64,000 nt of DNA. It comes from Mobula hypostoma. Taxonomy: Eukaryota. The stretch is taken from contig NC_086106.1 in assembly GCF_963921235.1 (NCBI RefSeq), positions 23,932,001 to 23,996,000 of the forward strand. The letters run 5' to 3'. Shown one piece after another: positions 12,983 through 26,690 of the stretch. Position 1 is the stretch's first letter, and every line of letters starts with the position of its first letter. The translations under genes and the position numbers were made by a program. The notes below the pieces were generated by a model, which did not search any database, had not been told where the DNA came from, and saw nothing but the letters and a program-made list of their open reading frames with translations.

Positions 12983-15830
12983 CACATCCCGCCTGACCTT
13001 TGTAAGGTCACTATAAACATGGTATAGAAGTTTAGTCTCCAGGTCAGTCTTTCGGTAGAAGTCGAACAACCTCTGTAACTGGTCTCAGGTTTCCTTTTCA
13101 GGGTTAGTTGTAAAGATGTGAACCGGTTGACTGCCGGCTCTTTGTTGTTTGGGGAGCGCTGGCATGGTTCTCTGAACGGTAGTGGGACGACCTTGTTGTT
13201 CGCTTCGTCTCTAGTGTTCTTTGTCTTCATTCCTTTTGAGGAGATGGCGTTTTCCACAGATGGAACAAGTATATTATCGTGCTTAGTGTGAGCGAAGACT
13301 GACTGTCCCAGTGTCTTCTCAGTTATTGTACTATGCTCGTGCCTTTGTTGTGCTTCCTTGATACACTTAACACTTGTGGAAGGCTGAGAAATTGAATGGC
13401 GACCACTTTCTAGCACGTTAATCTTAAGCGTCTTAACTGTCGGTTTGTGTACGTTCCAGGCCACACCGCTCGTATCACCACCCAGCCCAGATCCAGACGT
13501 CGGGCGATAGGGCCGTTGTGTGGTTCACTAACCTGCTGCCTGACTTTGTGCATCCTAACTACGTCTCTTCCGAGTAACAAGAGTATTTCTGCTTCCAGAT
13601 CCAGTTCTACGATGTCACTGACAATGTGGTGGAGATGGGGCTGGTACAGAACTGCGCTTGATATCAGAATCTCGGATCGGTCATTTAAGATCGGATTACA
13701 CTCTAAGCTTGTGGGGAGTCTGATGACGACGTTGCCATCCGGCGACTCGAGCTGGAAATCTCTGCCTTCCTGCCATATGTTTCTGCGATAACAGAACAAG
13801 TTCTGACGTAGAATGGGAATGGATTACCCTTTACGCTGAACAACTCGAAGAACTCTGTTCTCGCTGGTGAGCGGTTGCTCTGGTCGTCCAAAATTACATA
13901 GTCTTTGATGGCCTTGTCTTTTGCTCCATTAGGGTTTAACTTAGTGAGGCAGATCTTTAAGCACGAACTGCTCGAACGACCCGAACGACCTGGACTGCAA
14001 ACTTCTGTGCAGCTCAAGCTGACAATAATTGTAACAGAGTGATGCTCTCATTCCCCGACATCGTCTTGTGGGAGCGGAGGAGCCTTGGCAGTTTCGGGTG
14101 ACGGGCAGGGATGCCTGGCTCCATCGTGATTAGTGCTTTACATTCCGAGCAGTTTACAGGGAACGTGCACTCTTTAGCGAGGTGGGATGTAGAGGAACAA
14201 CACTTAAAACATTTATTTTTCCTTGAGAAAGGCCTTTCTTTCGTAAAGTGTTTGTTTTGGATCATTCTGCATTTTTGAGGGGGTGGGGTTTGTTGTGCAA
14301 TGGACAATTGTTACTCGGCTCATCGTTGTTTGCAGAGACTTCGGTTTTATGCACTGAGACTGGTTTATTGATGACAACATTGTTCGAAATGGGTTTGACA
14401 GGGTTGGTGTGCATTGGGGTGCTGCCTTAATTCATGAAGCTCGGGTCGTTTCGACTCTTCGCCTCCTTGCATACAAACCTACCAAAATACTCAAAGAGAG
14501 GAAATCGACCACCATTCTCTTCCGTGTACTCTGAGACAATATACACCCGCCTTTCCTGCAGCCCAAATGGAAGGTTGTCCACAATTGCTCCAACTCTCTG
14601 TGAGGTATCCAGATACCAAAAGTCAGTTAAATAGCCGTCTTCATTAGCACCTTCTATCTCCATCAGTGAATCTCCGAGTTCTCGTATTTAGTGTGGTCCT
14701 TGGCTAACACCTAGGAAAATTTTCCAGCCGTTCAAATATCGCCCTCTCAATAATTTCAGTGTCCGCATAGCACCCCCGCAATCTCTCCCATGCTTTCTGT
14801 AATGCTAGCTTGTGGTTGCTGACGTACACTGAGCGTTTGCATTTCACCAGTTCACTTGATTCCTTTCCAGCTATTAAGTCATAAGGTCCAACTCTTGGGT
14901 CGCTGTGATCTCCACTCCGCCGGTGCACTGGTGAAAGAGGAATACCACGCATGGTAATTTTCTGGCTTATCGTCAAATGGTACAGTCCTCAATTGACGTG
15001 GTCTCGCCGAGCTAGGTACTGTATCAAGGGTTCTGCTGTAGGTGGCGTGCCAGCTGGGGGAATGTGTTAGGGAACATATGACTGAGCGTGTCCGTTCGTG
15101 ATGGGATTTGATGTGTTGACTACAGCCTTTGTCTCTGACGTCGCCGGATCTTCGAGATTTGTTTTCAGCAAGTATTCGTAGCCATCCCTTTCATACTTGA
15201 CTGTATGGCAAGGTTGCAATTGTGAGTTGTCTTCCCAAGATGTAAGCGATGCAACGAAGCTTCCCTGTGATTTTACATGAGATGGGACGACAAACAGGCA
15301 AGTATGGAGAGCGAGAATGAATCTGCGGATCAATTTGAGATAGGACATATTCGTTGGTGCGTTTCAATTAGTCCCTTTCTGACATAGATTTTACTGCTTC
15401 GTCTAGAACGTGCATTTCTTCAGCGTTTTCCAACACGTGTGCGTCCACCGTGGCCGCATCAGCTTCTCGTTGTAGCGGCAGCACCTCTAACTCTGTATCT
15501 ATCGTTGCCTTTACCAACTGGTAATCCGCTTTTCCGGCAGGTTTTTCCATTTTCAGTTTTGCTTCTTGGTTTCCGTGAGACGTTCGCACCTTGGCGACTT
15601 CTGCTTTAGCGCTTGCTAGGACAGCCACTCTTGTCGACGGCCTACTGCTCTTGGCGCTTAATGCAAGCGACCTGATGCTTAATCGCGAAACCATCGTACC
15701 ATTTGTTGAAATATCTAATTATTTCGCTTTTTCAATATAGTGTTATCTTGCATTGTGTGGAAACTCTGACTAAACACCAAGTTAAACCGGAGCCAATGAA
15801 GACAGAGTCGTGGTAACGTTAATCATTTAC

Positions 15831-16385
15831 TGTTCGCTCTTCAGATTAACATTGTATGGTAAAAATAGAAACATATACAGCGTCTGTTTTATTCTGGAGA
15901 CCACGCGCGCTCTCTTCTTTTAGCGAGTGTATCCAGCCGCCCCGAGTAGCGGGCGAAGGAGGTCCCGTCAAACCACCGCCGGGCCCAAGCCCATCCCGCG
16001 TTTGAAATTGAAAAGCCGACACGCGACCCACCCGAATCGCCGTCCCCAAATAGAAACCGCGTTAATATTTTTACTTCAAATACTTTCATAGGAACCTGCG
16101 GCATTGCTTCTATAATGTTTCTTTGTCGGTGAAAACGCAGCTCTTCGCCATCATGCTGCAAGCACGGCACACACCTTAACATCTTCCCAAACCGAAGGTT
16201 ACAGATAAGACGCGGCGAAACCGGATGTGACGTCATCACATGCCGCGATATACCATAGACAATGAATTTGCCTTTGTTATATTGTAACTTAATTATCAAC
16301 CTTTAACTTTAACTCGAAAATAGTTACAAACAAATAATTTAAAGCATTGACCCAGCATTGTCAAATAAATGCCTTCAGGGCAACA
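15831..16385 (-). repeat. BEL/Pao LTR (555 bp) shared between two tandem copies
   Basis: TGTT...AACA termini; preceded on - by the PPT of one copy and followed by the 5-prime internal sequence of the next; about 120 bp longer than the other LTR. Confidence 0.85.
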
Positions 16386-18848
16386 CACTCCCCGCCTGAC
16401 CTTTGTAAGGTCACTATAAACATGGTATCGAAGTTTAATCTCTCGATCAGTCTTTAGGCAGAAGTAGAACAACTTCTGTAACTGGTCTCAGGTTTCCTTT
16501 GCAGTGTTCGTTGTACAGATGTAAACCGGTTGACTGCCTGTTCTTTGTTGCTTGTAAAGCGTTGGCATGGTTCTCTGAACGGTAGAGGGGCGAGCTAGTT
16601 GTTCGCCTCGTCTCTAATGACCTTTGAGTTCATTATTTTTAAGGAGATGACGTTTTCCACAGATGGAGCAAGTTTATTATCATGCTTAGTGTGAGCGAAG
16701 ACTGACTGTCCCAGTGTCTTCTCAGTTACTGTACTGTGTTCGTGCCTTTGTTGCGCTTCCTTGATACACATAACACTTGTGGAAGGCTGACAAATTGAAT
16801 AGCGACCTCTTTCTAGCACGTTAATCTTGAGCGTGTTAATTGTCAGTTTGTGTACGTTCCTGGCCACACCGCTTGTATCACCACCCAGCCCAGATCCAGA
16901 CGTTGGGCGAAGAGGGCGTTGTGTGGTCCATTGACCTGCTGCCTGACTTTGTCCACCCTAAGCACGTCTCTTCCGAGTAGCAGGAGTATTTCTGTTTCCG
17001 GATCCAGTTCTGGGATGTGTCTGACAATGAGGTGGAGATGAGTCTGGTGTAGCACTGCGCTGGGATCGGAAACTCGGATCGGTTATTTAAGATCTCATTG
17101 CACTCTAAGAGTGGAGGGAGACTGATGGCGACTTTGTTACCCAGCGACTCGAGCTGGAAGCCTTCTGCCGTCCCGCCATATGTTTCTGCGATGTCAGAGC
17201 AAGTTCTGAGGTAGAATGGGAATGAAATACCGTTTACGCTGAACAACTCGAAGAACTCTGGTCGCACTAGTGAGCGGTTGCTCTGGTCGTCCAGAATTAC
17301 ATAGGCTTTGAAGGCCTTGTCTTGGGCTCATCTCGGGTATACCTTACTGAGGCAGATCCTTGTGCATGAACGGCTCGAACGACCTGGACTGGAAACTTCT
17401 GCGCAGCTTGAGCTGACAATAGTTGTATCAGAGTGAAGCTTTCCCTCCCCGCCTCCTGTTGTGGGAGCGGAGGATCCTTGGCAGTTTCGAGTGACGGGCC
17501 GGGATGCGTGGCTCCATCGTGATTAGTGCTGTTACATTCCGAGCACTTTACGGAAACGCGCACTGTTTCGCAAGGTGGGAGGTAGAGAAAGAGCACTTAA
17601 AACATATTTTTTTTTGAATGAGAAGGGCCTTTCTTTCGTCAAAAGGTTTGTTTCGGAACATTCTGAATTTTTTGAGGGGGTGGGGTTTGTTGTGCAATGG
17701 ACAATTCTTACTAGTTTCATCGTTGATTACAGAGACCGGTTTTATGCACTGAAACTGATTTATTAATGACAATATTGTTCGAAATGGGTTTGACTGGGTT
17801 GGTGTGCGTTGTGATTCTTGAAGCTCGGGTCGTTTCGATATTTCGCCTCCTTCCACACAACCCTACTAAAATTCTGAAAGGGAAGGAATCGAACACCGTT
17901 CTCTTCCGTGAACTCTGAGACAATAGACACCCACCTTTCCTGCAGCCCAAATGAAAGCTTGTCCACAATTGGTCTAACTCCGCAATAGGTATCCAGATAC
18001 GACAGTCCAGTTAAATAGCCGTCTTCTTTAGCACCTTGAATCTCCAAAAGTAAATCTCCGAGTTCTCGTAATTCAGTGTGGTGCTTGGATAACACCCAAG
18101 GAAAATTGTCCAGCCGTTCAAATATCGCTCTCTCAGTAATCTCAGGGTCCTCATAGTACTCCCGCAGTCTCTCCCATGTTTTGTGTAAGGCTAGCATGGG
18201 GTGGCTGACGTACACTGAGCGTATGCCTTTCATCTGTTCATTTGATTCCTTTCCCAGCCATTTACTCATAAGTTCCAACTCTTGGGCTGCTGTCGCCTCA
18301 ACTCCGCCGGTGCACTGGTGAAAGAGGAGTACCACGCACGGTAATTTTCAGGCTTATTGTCAAACTGGTACAGCTTTCAATTGACGAGGTCTCGTCCCGC
18401 TAAGTACTGGGCCAGGTGTTCTGCTGCAGGTGGCGTGCTAGCTGGAGGAATATGTTGGGGAACATATTGCTGAGCGTGTACGTTCACGACAGTGCACCCG
18501 GTTTATTCCGTTTATAGAGGTACTGACAACGACCAAAACGTTTCCGATGATTGTTTCAGACCGCTTTTTAAATAATGTGAAAGTACCAATTTGGATGTCG
18601 CGAGTGCTCTGTCATTTGTATTACAGAAATTAACGGTCTCGTTCTCTTTTTTTTTTAACTGAATGAAACTAAAGGGATTCATTTAGAAATGGGAAAAATA
18701 TTACATGGTGGGCGTTTAACATAAACACCGTAGATAACTCTTACCACAATGAATACTGATTATTAGAAGGTCTCTACTGCGAGATGTCAGCTGTTTTTTT
18801 TTGAGGAACGGATTCAGGCATTCACTGCAGTCGTTCATTCACACATAA

Positions 18849-19122
18849 TACTCTGCAGATGCTGGAGTCAAAGCAGCACTCATAACACGCTGAAGGAACT
18901 GAGCAGGTCGGGCAGCATCCGCGGAAACGATCAGTCAACGTTTTGGGCCGGAACCCTTTCATCAGGACTGAAGAAGGAAGGGAAAGAGGCCCTATAAAGA
19001 AGGTGGGGGAGGGTGGGAAGGAGAAAACTGGAAGGTTCCAGGAGATAAAAAAAGGGAAAATATAAAGGGGTGGGGCAGGAGAAGCAGGCAGGGGACAGGC
19101 AGGAAAGATGAAGAAGCAAAAT
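18849..19122 (-). mobile_element. Penelope-like element 3-prime fragment with 16-bp flanking direct repeat
   Basis: Homologous to 37130-37266; flanked by GTTCATTCACACATAA at 18833-18848 and 19123-19138; hammerhead core decayed (CTGATGA...AAAAC). Confidence 0.8.
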
Positions 19123-21317
19123 GTTCATTCACACATAACTCGCCAATTCATCTAATGCATTAGACAACAATAATATTAAAATGAGCTGAGGTATGGATTG
19201 TAGCAACCAAATTCTGTTGTAAGCAGAATGCGAGGGAGAGACTGAACTTACTTAACAGCCACACCACGACAGGCCGGCATTGCAAACAGGTGAATCTGGA
19301 ATGGTGCACCAATTATGTCCCTCCCACATGAGAGCCATTTTTTTCCGTGCCTATTTCATCCTTGGGTTCTGTGGCACATACGATTTTTTTTTCCCCATAT
19401 TTGATCTGAGGCATATTGGTCGGTCTATTTTTTAGATTGTACTGTCAACCACCTAAGTGATATGTGAGCTAGTCTCAATAAACGAATCTGTTGTCTTAAA
19501 TGTCCATTCCTCTTTTCAATTAGCTTTCATTCTTAGGGTAATAAAGAATGTGAAATTATTAATTCCTCCACTAGAAGCCTAAGCTTCTACAGCTTGCGAC
19601 GGTAAGCGAGATCCATTGTCTAACTGTATTTTTGAAAGGCCCAAAAAAACAATTAACTTCTGAAATGTCATTCAATGTGTGATCCTGATTAGCTTTGTGC
19701 AAGGGATTGCCATTAATAGATTTGAATGTGCAATCCATGGGAAGCGAATAATTAAATCTTTGCTGCTGTGACATGGGTACAATGTAATAATCTTCCATAC
19801 TTGTGCTGGAGTAGAACTTCACTTTCCCCGATTAATCTAGATAGTCGACTTCACAGCCACTACACCTCTTTTAACATGGTAAAACATGTCACATACAGTA
19901 ATAACTTCTTTCATCATGTCGACTGAGAGCCGTACCTTTGTGATATACACTTCCAAAAGATCATCTATATTACGTGCCTCTTGCTTCATCGCACATAATT
20001 CAGGTGTTTTGACATGCATTCCGAATTCTCCGTTATTGTTAATTGCTAAAGAACTTGGATAAGGGTGATCTTTTTGCGAAGCGTTTCTATTCAAATCAGT
20101 TATCTTCATTCAGATGTTATACAAAAATTCCTGTTCTTTCATTTTTTTCCCCTGTCTGTTGCGTTCGCTGCCGCCACTTTTCCATACACATCACCATTCT
20201 ATTCGTAAGTACACAGGAGCACGTGTTTTTGTGCTCCTCACTCGATTCTTGTTGCAATGGGAAGCTATTAGCTACCACTTCAGCTGTTTAGCTGTAACTG
20301 CTTTTTCCCTGCTGCTGCATTACTGAACCTCTGAATGGAATCAGCGCGGCAGCTCCCAACCTATGGCCAACGGCTTCGATGCACTGAAGCCGTACATAAA
20401 TCAGGCGTGAAGTTTGCTTGCTGCATAGAACTGTTCACGCGGTAAACCTCGAGCAACAGGGGAGAGTGACGCTAGTGTAGGGGTTCGGCAGTATTTTTAC
20501 TGATCCTATCCATAGGTACGTGGGCAAAACTTCCCATAAATCTGCTGATTCCTTCCGAAACATTATTTCTCAGCTCTGTGATTTTCCACTTCCATTTCGT
20601 TATACAATCTTACTGCCACCTACCCACACTGTCAATATTGAAGTTCCCAAACAGCACTCGCGTCACAATGGGGAGGGGCGGTCTCAAGCTTACCTGAAGT
20701 CATTTGAAACACTGGATAGCCAAAAAACGGCACTGTATGACTGGGCCCCTGTATTTTCTGTGCATTCGTTACTCATTCGCGGTCCTTCATATGATTTAGT
20801 CGTTTTTTCTAGGGCTTGAGCAAACCCCTACTCGCTGGATGCTGTTAGCAGAATGCCATCGGTATACCTTTGTATTTTACTATGTTAATATCAGGCCAGC
20901 GAGCACATTCTCTGATGTTTCACACTTTTAGTCCATGATATAGTGTCGGGCTATGCATATTTTCCCGAGGCAATCTGGTAAAGATGTGCCATCTGCTTCA
21001 CATCTGCAGGTAATTTGATCCGGTATCTCTGGCGACAGGTTAATAAAAAGGAATGTGTTGATGCGATCCATTAGGATCCATTACAAAGTACTATTGTTCT
21101 GTCCATGTTACATTCTTTCCACTGAGGTCTTTAAATCCGGGACAGCAGCAGTAAACGGAGGAGCAAAAGACCATGGAATTCGGTAGCTATACTGTAAGGT
21201 CTCCATTCAATAGCACCAGTAAAGCAATTTATTTAAAATGCCAAATGTGAAATTCTCCAATTGTGTACACTGGCCGTCCCTCCAGCACATATGTTCAGAT
21301 AACGTGGCTATCAGTAC

Positions 21318-21380
21318 TGCTGCGTTTACCAGCAAATTTAATGTGTGTTGCTTGAAATTCAAGCATCTGCAGATTTCTTC
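21318..21380 (+). mobile_element. Penelope-like terminal fragment
   Basis: CTGCTGCGTTTACCAGCAAATTTAATGTGTGTTGCTTGAAATTCAAGCATCTGCAGA matches the reverse complement of ~37142-37198. Confidence 0.7.
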
Positions 21381-22190
21381 ATGTTCGCGCTATCAGACCT
21401 GATGCTTTCATGGGTAGTCCCACCTGAATAACCAATAGATTGGTTGTTTCACGTGCATATATTGTTTTCCCTCGTAAACTGTCCAGTTGCATCTCAGGCC
21501 CCTGAAAGCAGTCAGCGTTTCCACTTGCAACCGACCAGTCGGCAGCCCTTTCTAATACAACATAAGCCTGTCGATTTATTTCCAGCTGTCTGCAACGTCA
21601 TATGCTCAAACACGCATCAAACCCTACCGTTATTCCATTCCAGTTATGACTACCACGTGGCACAGGTTGGAAAACAGCGATGGCAACTTTGGATGGCCTG
21701 CTCTTCGGACACTTTCCGACATCTGTAGACTTGCAGCGCATAAGTTCTTTATGCTTTTTGTCTATGTCTTTGTTATCAACGTGCACCACATACGGTTTGC
21801 CTCGTTGGAAAAGGATATTAACAGTATGATGTAGAACTCGATTTCTTTACGGTAATTACAACAGAATACATTGAACTTCTGCATAGTCGTTTAGGTTTAC
21901 AGTGCAGGTATTCCACTGCTAGTGTGTGGAACGGAACCGATATATACATATATTAAAGGTATGTGGGTAAAATAACTCGACGTAGCTAGTTGCGAAGTTG
22001 GAAAGCCAGACTATAAATTTGCCGATCTCCAGATTATTGCCTCTGTTACGGACCACTGAAGGTAAGAGTAGAATGAAATTGCAGTTAAATGTGTGACTGT
22101 TAATTCATGTTTTGGGCAGTACCTCAGGATTTTAGTTCGTTGGACATATTTGAAGGAAGGGGGAAAAATTGAGTATTTGGAAGGTGTTTT

Positions 22191-23568
22191 TGTCACGATC
22201 CGTTTCGTGAAGTCCGCATTCCGGTTCACGGTCAGGTCGGTGGACTCAAGACTCCGGGTCTTCAATCTGTCCCTTTTTTTTTCGGTTGGGTTAGTCATTG
22301 GCACTTGATTACCACTTTGGGGCTCGGAATATAAGTAGCCTTGGTGGACGAGAGTGGGCTGCTGGTTTGTCTTGTCAAGATTCCATGGGATCAACTAGCC
22401 GGTTGAAGGCTAGAACGGACACCTGCCATCTTTAGGGCGCGTTGGAGAACCATAGCTTCATGGAGCCTTGCTGTCGGTTTTCGGAGCTGTCTTTGCGGTA
22501 TGTATTGGGCCTTTATTCTGGACCAGCTGAGTGGCCATCAGCCACTCCTGGCTAGGTAGGGGTCCGGCTGCTTCCTTAGTCAGCCGAGGTTTCTGACCGG
22601 AACTGCGACTCGGAGCAACCGCGATGCAGAGATAGAATTGTCTGTCATTCTTCGGTGTTTGTCTGTTCTTGTCGTCGCCTCCGTGAGGTACGTCAGGCCG
22701 TTCTGCCGTTCTCTGCGCGGGGAGCTGTCTTGTGTTTTCCTCGCTTCTGTGGGGTAAATCATCCCGTTCTGCCATTGCCCTGCGGCATGGGGTGGGGGGG
22801 GGGGATCTGGCTTTTCTTGTCCTCGCCCACATGGGTTAATTCAGGCCGTTTTGTCATTGCCCTGCGAAGGGACACGTCTTGACTTGCCGTTGCCTCTGCC
22901 GGCCGTTCTGCCATTACCCGACGGATGGACCTGTCCCACCTTGGTGTGGAGATAAAGATGAGTCGAAGGATAAGTCCCGGCTCTTTGTTATGTTCAGTTC
23001 CCAGTCTGTCTCCGAGCTCCGGCCTCCGTGTTATCAACCTCCGCATTTCAAGACCCTAGCCTGCAGCCTCAAGCCTCAAGATCCCAGCCTGCACCCTCAA
23101 ACCCCAAGAGCCCAGCCTGCAGCCTGAAGCCCCAATCCCCCAGCCTGCAGCCTCAACCCTCAAGCCTCAACACCCAAGACCCCAGCCTCAAGCCTCAAGA
23201 CCCAAGACCCGAGACCCCAGCCTCAAACGTCAAGATCCAAGACAGCAGCCTCAAGCCTCAAGACCCCAGCCTCGGCCTGTACTGTAGCCATGTCATGCCC
23301 TTGCCTAGTCCTGGAATTCGAGCCCGAGACAGGACCCAGGTTCTGGGTCCTTGTTCAGTCTCTGCCTCGGAGTCTCATAGGCTCCTAGTTCATGGTTTCC
23401 TCGTCCTGGTTCCGCTTTCCCAAGCCCATCTCCTAGTTCATAGTACCTTGTCCGGTTTCCCTGTTTCTTGTCCATGTCCTATCTCAGGTCCTGCATCCTA
23501 GTTCTGTACCTCGTATTCAGTGTCTGTGTCCTGCATTTGGGCCCGTTTCTAACGCCCCCACTGTGACA
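22191..23568 (+). mobile_element. Solo LTR, copy 2
   Basis: Termini TGTCAC...GTGACA; 5-bp TSD GTTTT/GTTTC (one mismatch); homologous to copies 1 and 3. Confidence 0.85.
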
Positions 23569-24837
23569 GTTTCTTTCTTCACATTTCTGTACTGGCAATG
23601 AAACAATACGATCTTGAATAATCTTGACGATGTATCTTGTAGAAAAGGGAAAGGTTACGACTGAACTCGAGCCGACCAATATCCTTACGATCAGATTTAT
23701 AAAGCAGCTGGTGTGGTTCAATTATGTCCGCACTGGAACGGAAATCAGAGTGAAAGGGCAGAGGATAGACAAGTTATTGTAAAGGTAAATGTGGACAAAA
23801 AGATTCCTGTGGAAGTATATGCAGTGGATGGATTATGATTACTTTCAGTTCGGAGCAACCAAAATATCATCTTATGTTTTCGATATTTACTGCTTATTTA
23901 TTATTATGTTTTCGTATGTTTACGTTGTCATTTATCGTCTTCTACCCTCCGGTTGAATTTTAATGATTGTGTTATTCTTAATATTCTATAGACTTGTTGC
24001 GTATCCGCTGGGAATTGTACCTCCGTATTTTATTGGTTAACATATATGTTCTTTGAGATTTTGATTCTTTAAAACTTAGAACTTCGATTTTTCCACCTAT
24101 TTTTCGAAGACCAGCATCACCAATAATACAAGGACATGGTGTTGTAAGACCCATCATTATCTCTGGCAAACACGATTATAGCGGCCATCTGTTCCAGCCA
24201 TCCATAAATTGCTATCGCCTAAATAGCTCAATTGCGAAATGACATCTCCCTGGATCTATGTTCGTGTCTGGACTATCTGGATAATGCAATCCAGGGCATC
24301 AGACTCCGATGTATGCACTCCTACTTGTTCACTGCCTCTATTTCATATTCTGTCGTTTTTTCTTACAGCTCATTTTTTTTTTCCTTCCTGTGCATCTTCT
24401 CAGTTTAGGACCAAATACGACCTGCAGTTTTTACTGTACAGAATAATCCAGAATTTGCATTTTGGTTAAGATATATTAATTGTTTTCTTTATCTCACGTC
24501 CAACGGCAATAATTATTATCAATTTTCTTCATTCTACTGTATCATCGGTTGCTGATGAGTAGAGCGGCAATCAATTTTACCAGTGAGTATCCAAAGGAAT
24601 ACCAGTCTTCACCAGCAGCTCCGCGCTCTGTACCCGCCAAGTATCTATTTCACCGGGTGACACATATTCGATGTTATTTCAGATGGATTGGTCCATTAGC
24701 TGTGACTGGCGTAGAGATAATCACCAGGTTAAATTTAAAATTTCAAAGCACATATGCTATATAAACATGTATTCGGTACGTTATCCTGCACTGCAGTGAC
24801 ATTACTTTCGTTGCAAGTTTTCAAAGAATAACTAAAT

Positions 24838-24886
24838 ACAAAAACAAACAACAACAAAGAACAACACAAACACAGACACAAACACA

Positions 24887-24919
<33 letters not shown>
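24838..24919. repeat. CA-rich microsatellite
   Basis: AACAAC/CACAGA units grading into pure (CA)n. Confidence 0.9.
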
Positions 24920-24921
<2 letters not shown>

Positions 24922-26439
24922 GAACTGAAAAAAAGAACACTCATTATTCAATATCATCCAACGTGTGTGAACAGAAAAAGTGTAAATACATAACGATAAA
25001 CATTATTTTTATTGAAAAAATACTAAGTACATGAACTGTATGTTATTGAAATAGGACTGCATAGGCCTTGGAATTAGTATTTTTTTTGTAACATCAGTGC
25101 AGACGTCCGCGTTGGTTCAGGAGCCGAATTGTTGAATGGTAAATATAGCTGAAGGAATAGACAGCGGTACAGACGAAGGGAGAGAAAGAGATTTTAACTA
25201 ATAAAGGGTTCTATTACTGATCCAAATAATAGTGTGAATTGAGACAAAAGTGATTGAAGTGCAAGTTTTCCTTCTTTTTTGATGATGTATACTAAGTGTA
25301 GCAGCATTTATCACGGTCCTGTCATTTCTTGAAACTATTGCTGCCGCTTTTGAAAGGCATCCGCTTTCCGGATGCACTCACTCTGCACGCTCATTTCTGC
25401 TACTTCATACTTTCGATTTAATCTTGGGCATTTGTCAATGCTTGCGCAACGTCACAGTGCATCTGATCGAACACATGAGATGAGTGCTTCCTCAATGCAC
25501 TCATAAAATTATCAATACAGAAAAAAAATGTTGTATTAAATTTGAAAAGAAGGGGTTCCCTCAGTATTTACAAATGTAAATATAGGTTGTGAGACGATCA
25601 CAAGGAAGTCATGCCAGGAAGTAGTTAGTTGGAATCCTTATAACGTGAAAACAGTCAGCTGATCCCGTTGTAAGAAAGTTAAACCATCCATATCCGTCAA
25701 ATGCTACATAAATTACAGCAGCTTCAATGCACCCGAAGCGTCTTGCTTTCCTTCTCTAGACATGCAAAGTATTTGGCAATTGATCTACTTTTGCCACGTC
25801 CATCGTGTGGCAGTGAATATATTTTGTTTCCGTAACATTCAGGCAAGCAGTTCATTCATGAATCCACAAAGATGGCAAAAAAAAAACATCATGTATAACG
25901 TACGAATGCTGTACCTAAGGAATTCTAGCGCTAGTAGTCGTTCACGATTCTAACCAGTGCCAAAAAGTAGCGTCTCTTGAAGTTTGTTGTTCATCCAGTC
26001 TCGGTTTTCAGTCATCTGCAGATGAGAGTCTGAAGAAGAGCTGATATCCGGCACTGCAGTAGCCCCAAAAATAATTGAATGCATTCCTGAGACACCAGCA
26101 CTGCGAGACGAATATAATTGAAGTTTTGTTGCTTTATGTAATATACTTGGCGACACTCACAACTCTCTTTCGTTTCCGTCTCTACCTTTCGTGCATCATG
26201 ATGGATCCTTTCTAAGGTGTCCTTGAACAAACATAGTAAGGGTAGTCGCTAAAATGCTATAGTAGTTATCCGTATTGGGAGTAGATGTCCTGGAGTTCGA
26301 ATTAGTCCAAACAGCCCAAGTGACTGAACGACGTAAACAGTCAACCACACTTAGACCTCGGACCTCTACAGATTCGACCATTCCCAAAAAGCAAAAGTGA
26401 TAGAATAGGAAGTGATATATTACCATAGTTTCCACAATC

Positions 26440-26690
26440 TACGTGGTGCTCCTACCACCACACACACATGCAAGTTGACTTCCTACCTGTAAATCCCGCC
26501 AAATTCCTCACGGATCGCTCTCTCCGTGATCCGCTTGTACTTTTGATCCTCCCTACTGACCCTCCTGGCACATATCCATACAAGCTTAATACATGCTACA
26601 CCTGCTGGTTTACCTCCGCATCAGCACCACACAGGAAAGAAACCAAATTATCTTTCCAGCTGAGGAAACAATTTACTGACAAATATGTTG
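26440..26690 (+). mobile_element. Penelope-like element fragment (region leading into the GIY-YIG domain)
   Basis: Translation TDRSLRDPLV...LPTDPPGTYP.KLNTCYTC resembles the Penelope Cys-motif linker. Confidence 0.7.

Larger units (their letters stand above)
12382..18495 (-). mobile_element. Head-to-tail array of non-autonomous BEL/Pao elements sharing LTRs (stub 12382-12550, LTR, internal 12983-15830, LTR, truncated internal 16386-18495)
   Basis: Gag remnants (SVYVSNHKLALQKAWERL..., CFKCCSSTSHLAKEC, CSEC knuckles), protease ILDDQSNRS...LGWVV, pre-RT LPFREP...NN, C-terminal RPVTEVV.LL, and a purine tract next to each LTR. Confidence 0.9.

Noticed and set aside
19880-19990. DERSYYC motif and a decayed WYR-like stretch on - suggesting a V
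   Set aside because: Trp-to-Cys spacing is about half that of a V domain and there is no RSS.
22030-23760. Donor/acceptor pair and PQDFSSLDIFEG...LYW around solo LTR 2 as a disrupted V
   Set aside because: No start codon, wrong Cys and Trp spacing, no YxC or RSS.
25945-26160. 60-nt GT-AG intron-like segment and LLFGTG (J-like) on -
   Set aside because: A stop follows FGTG, there is no 12-RSS or J donor, and flanking exons are not recognisable.
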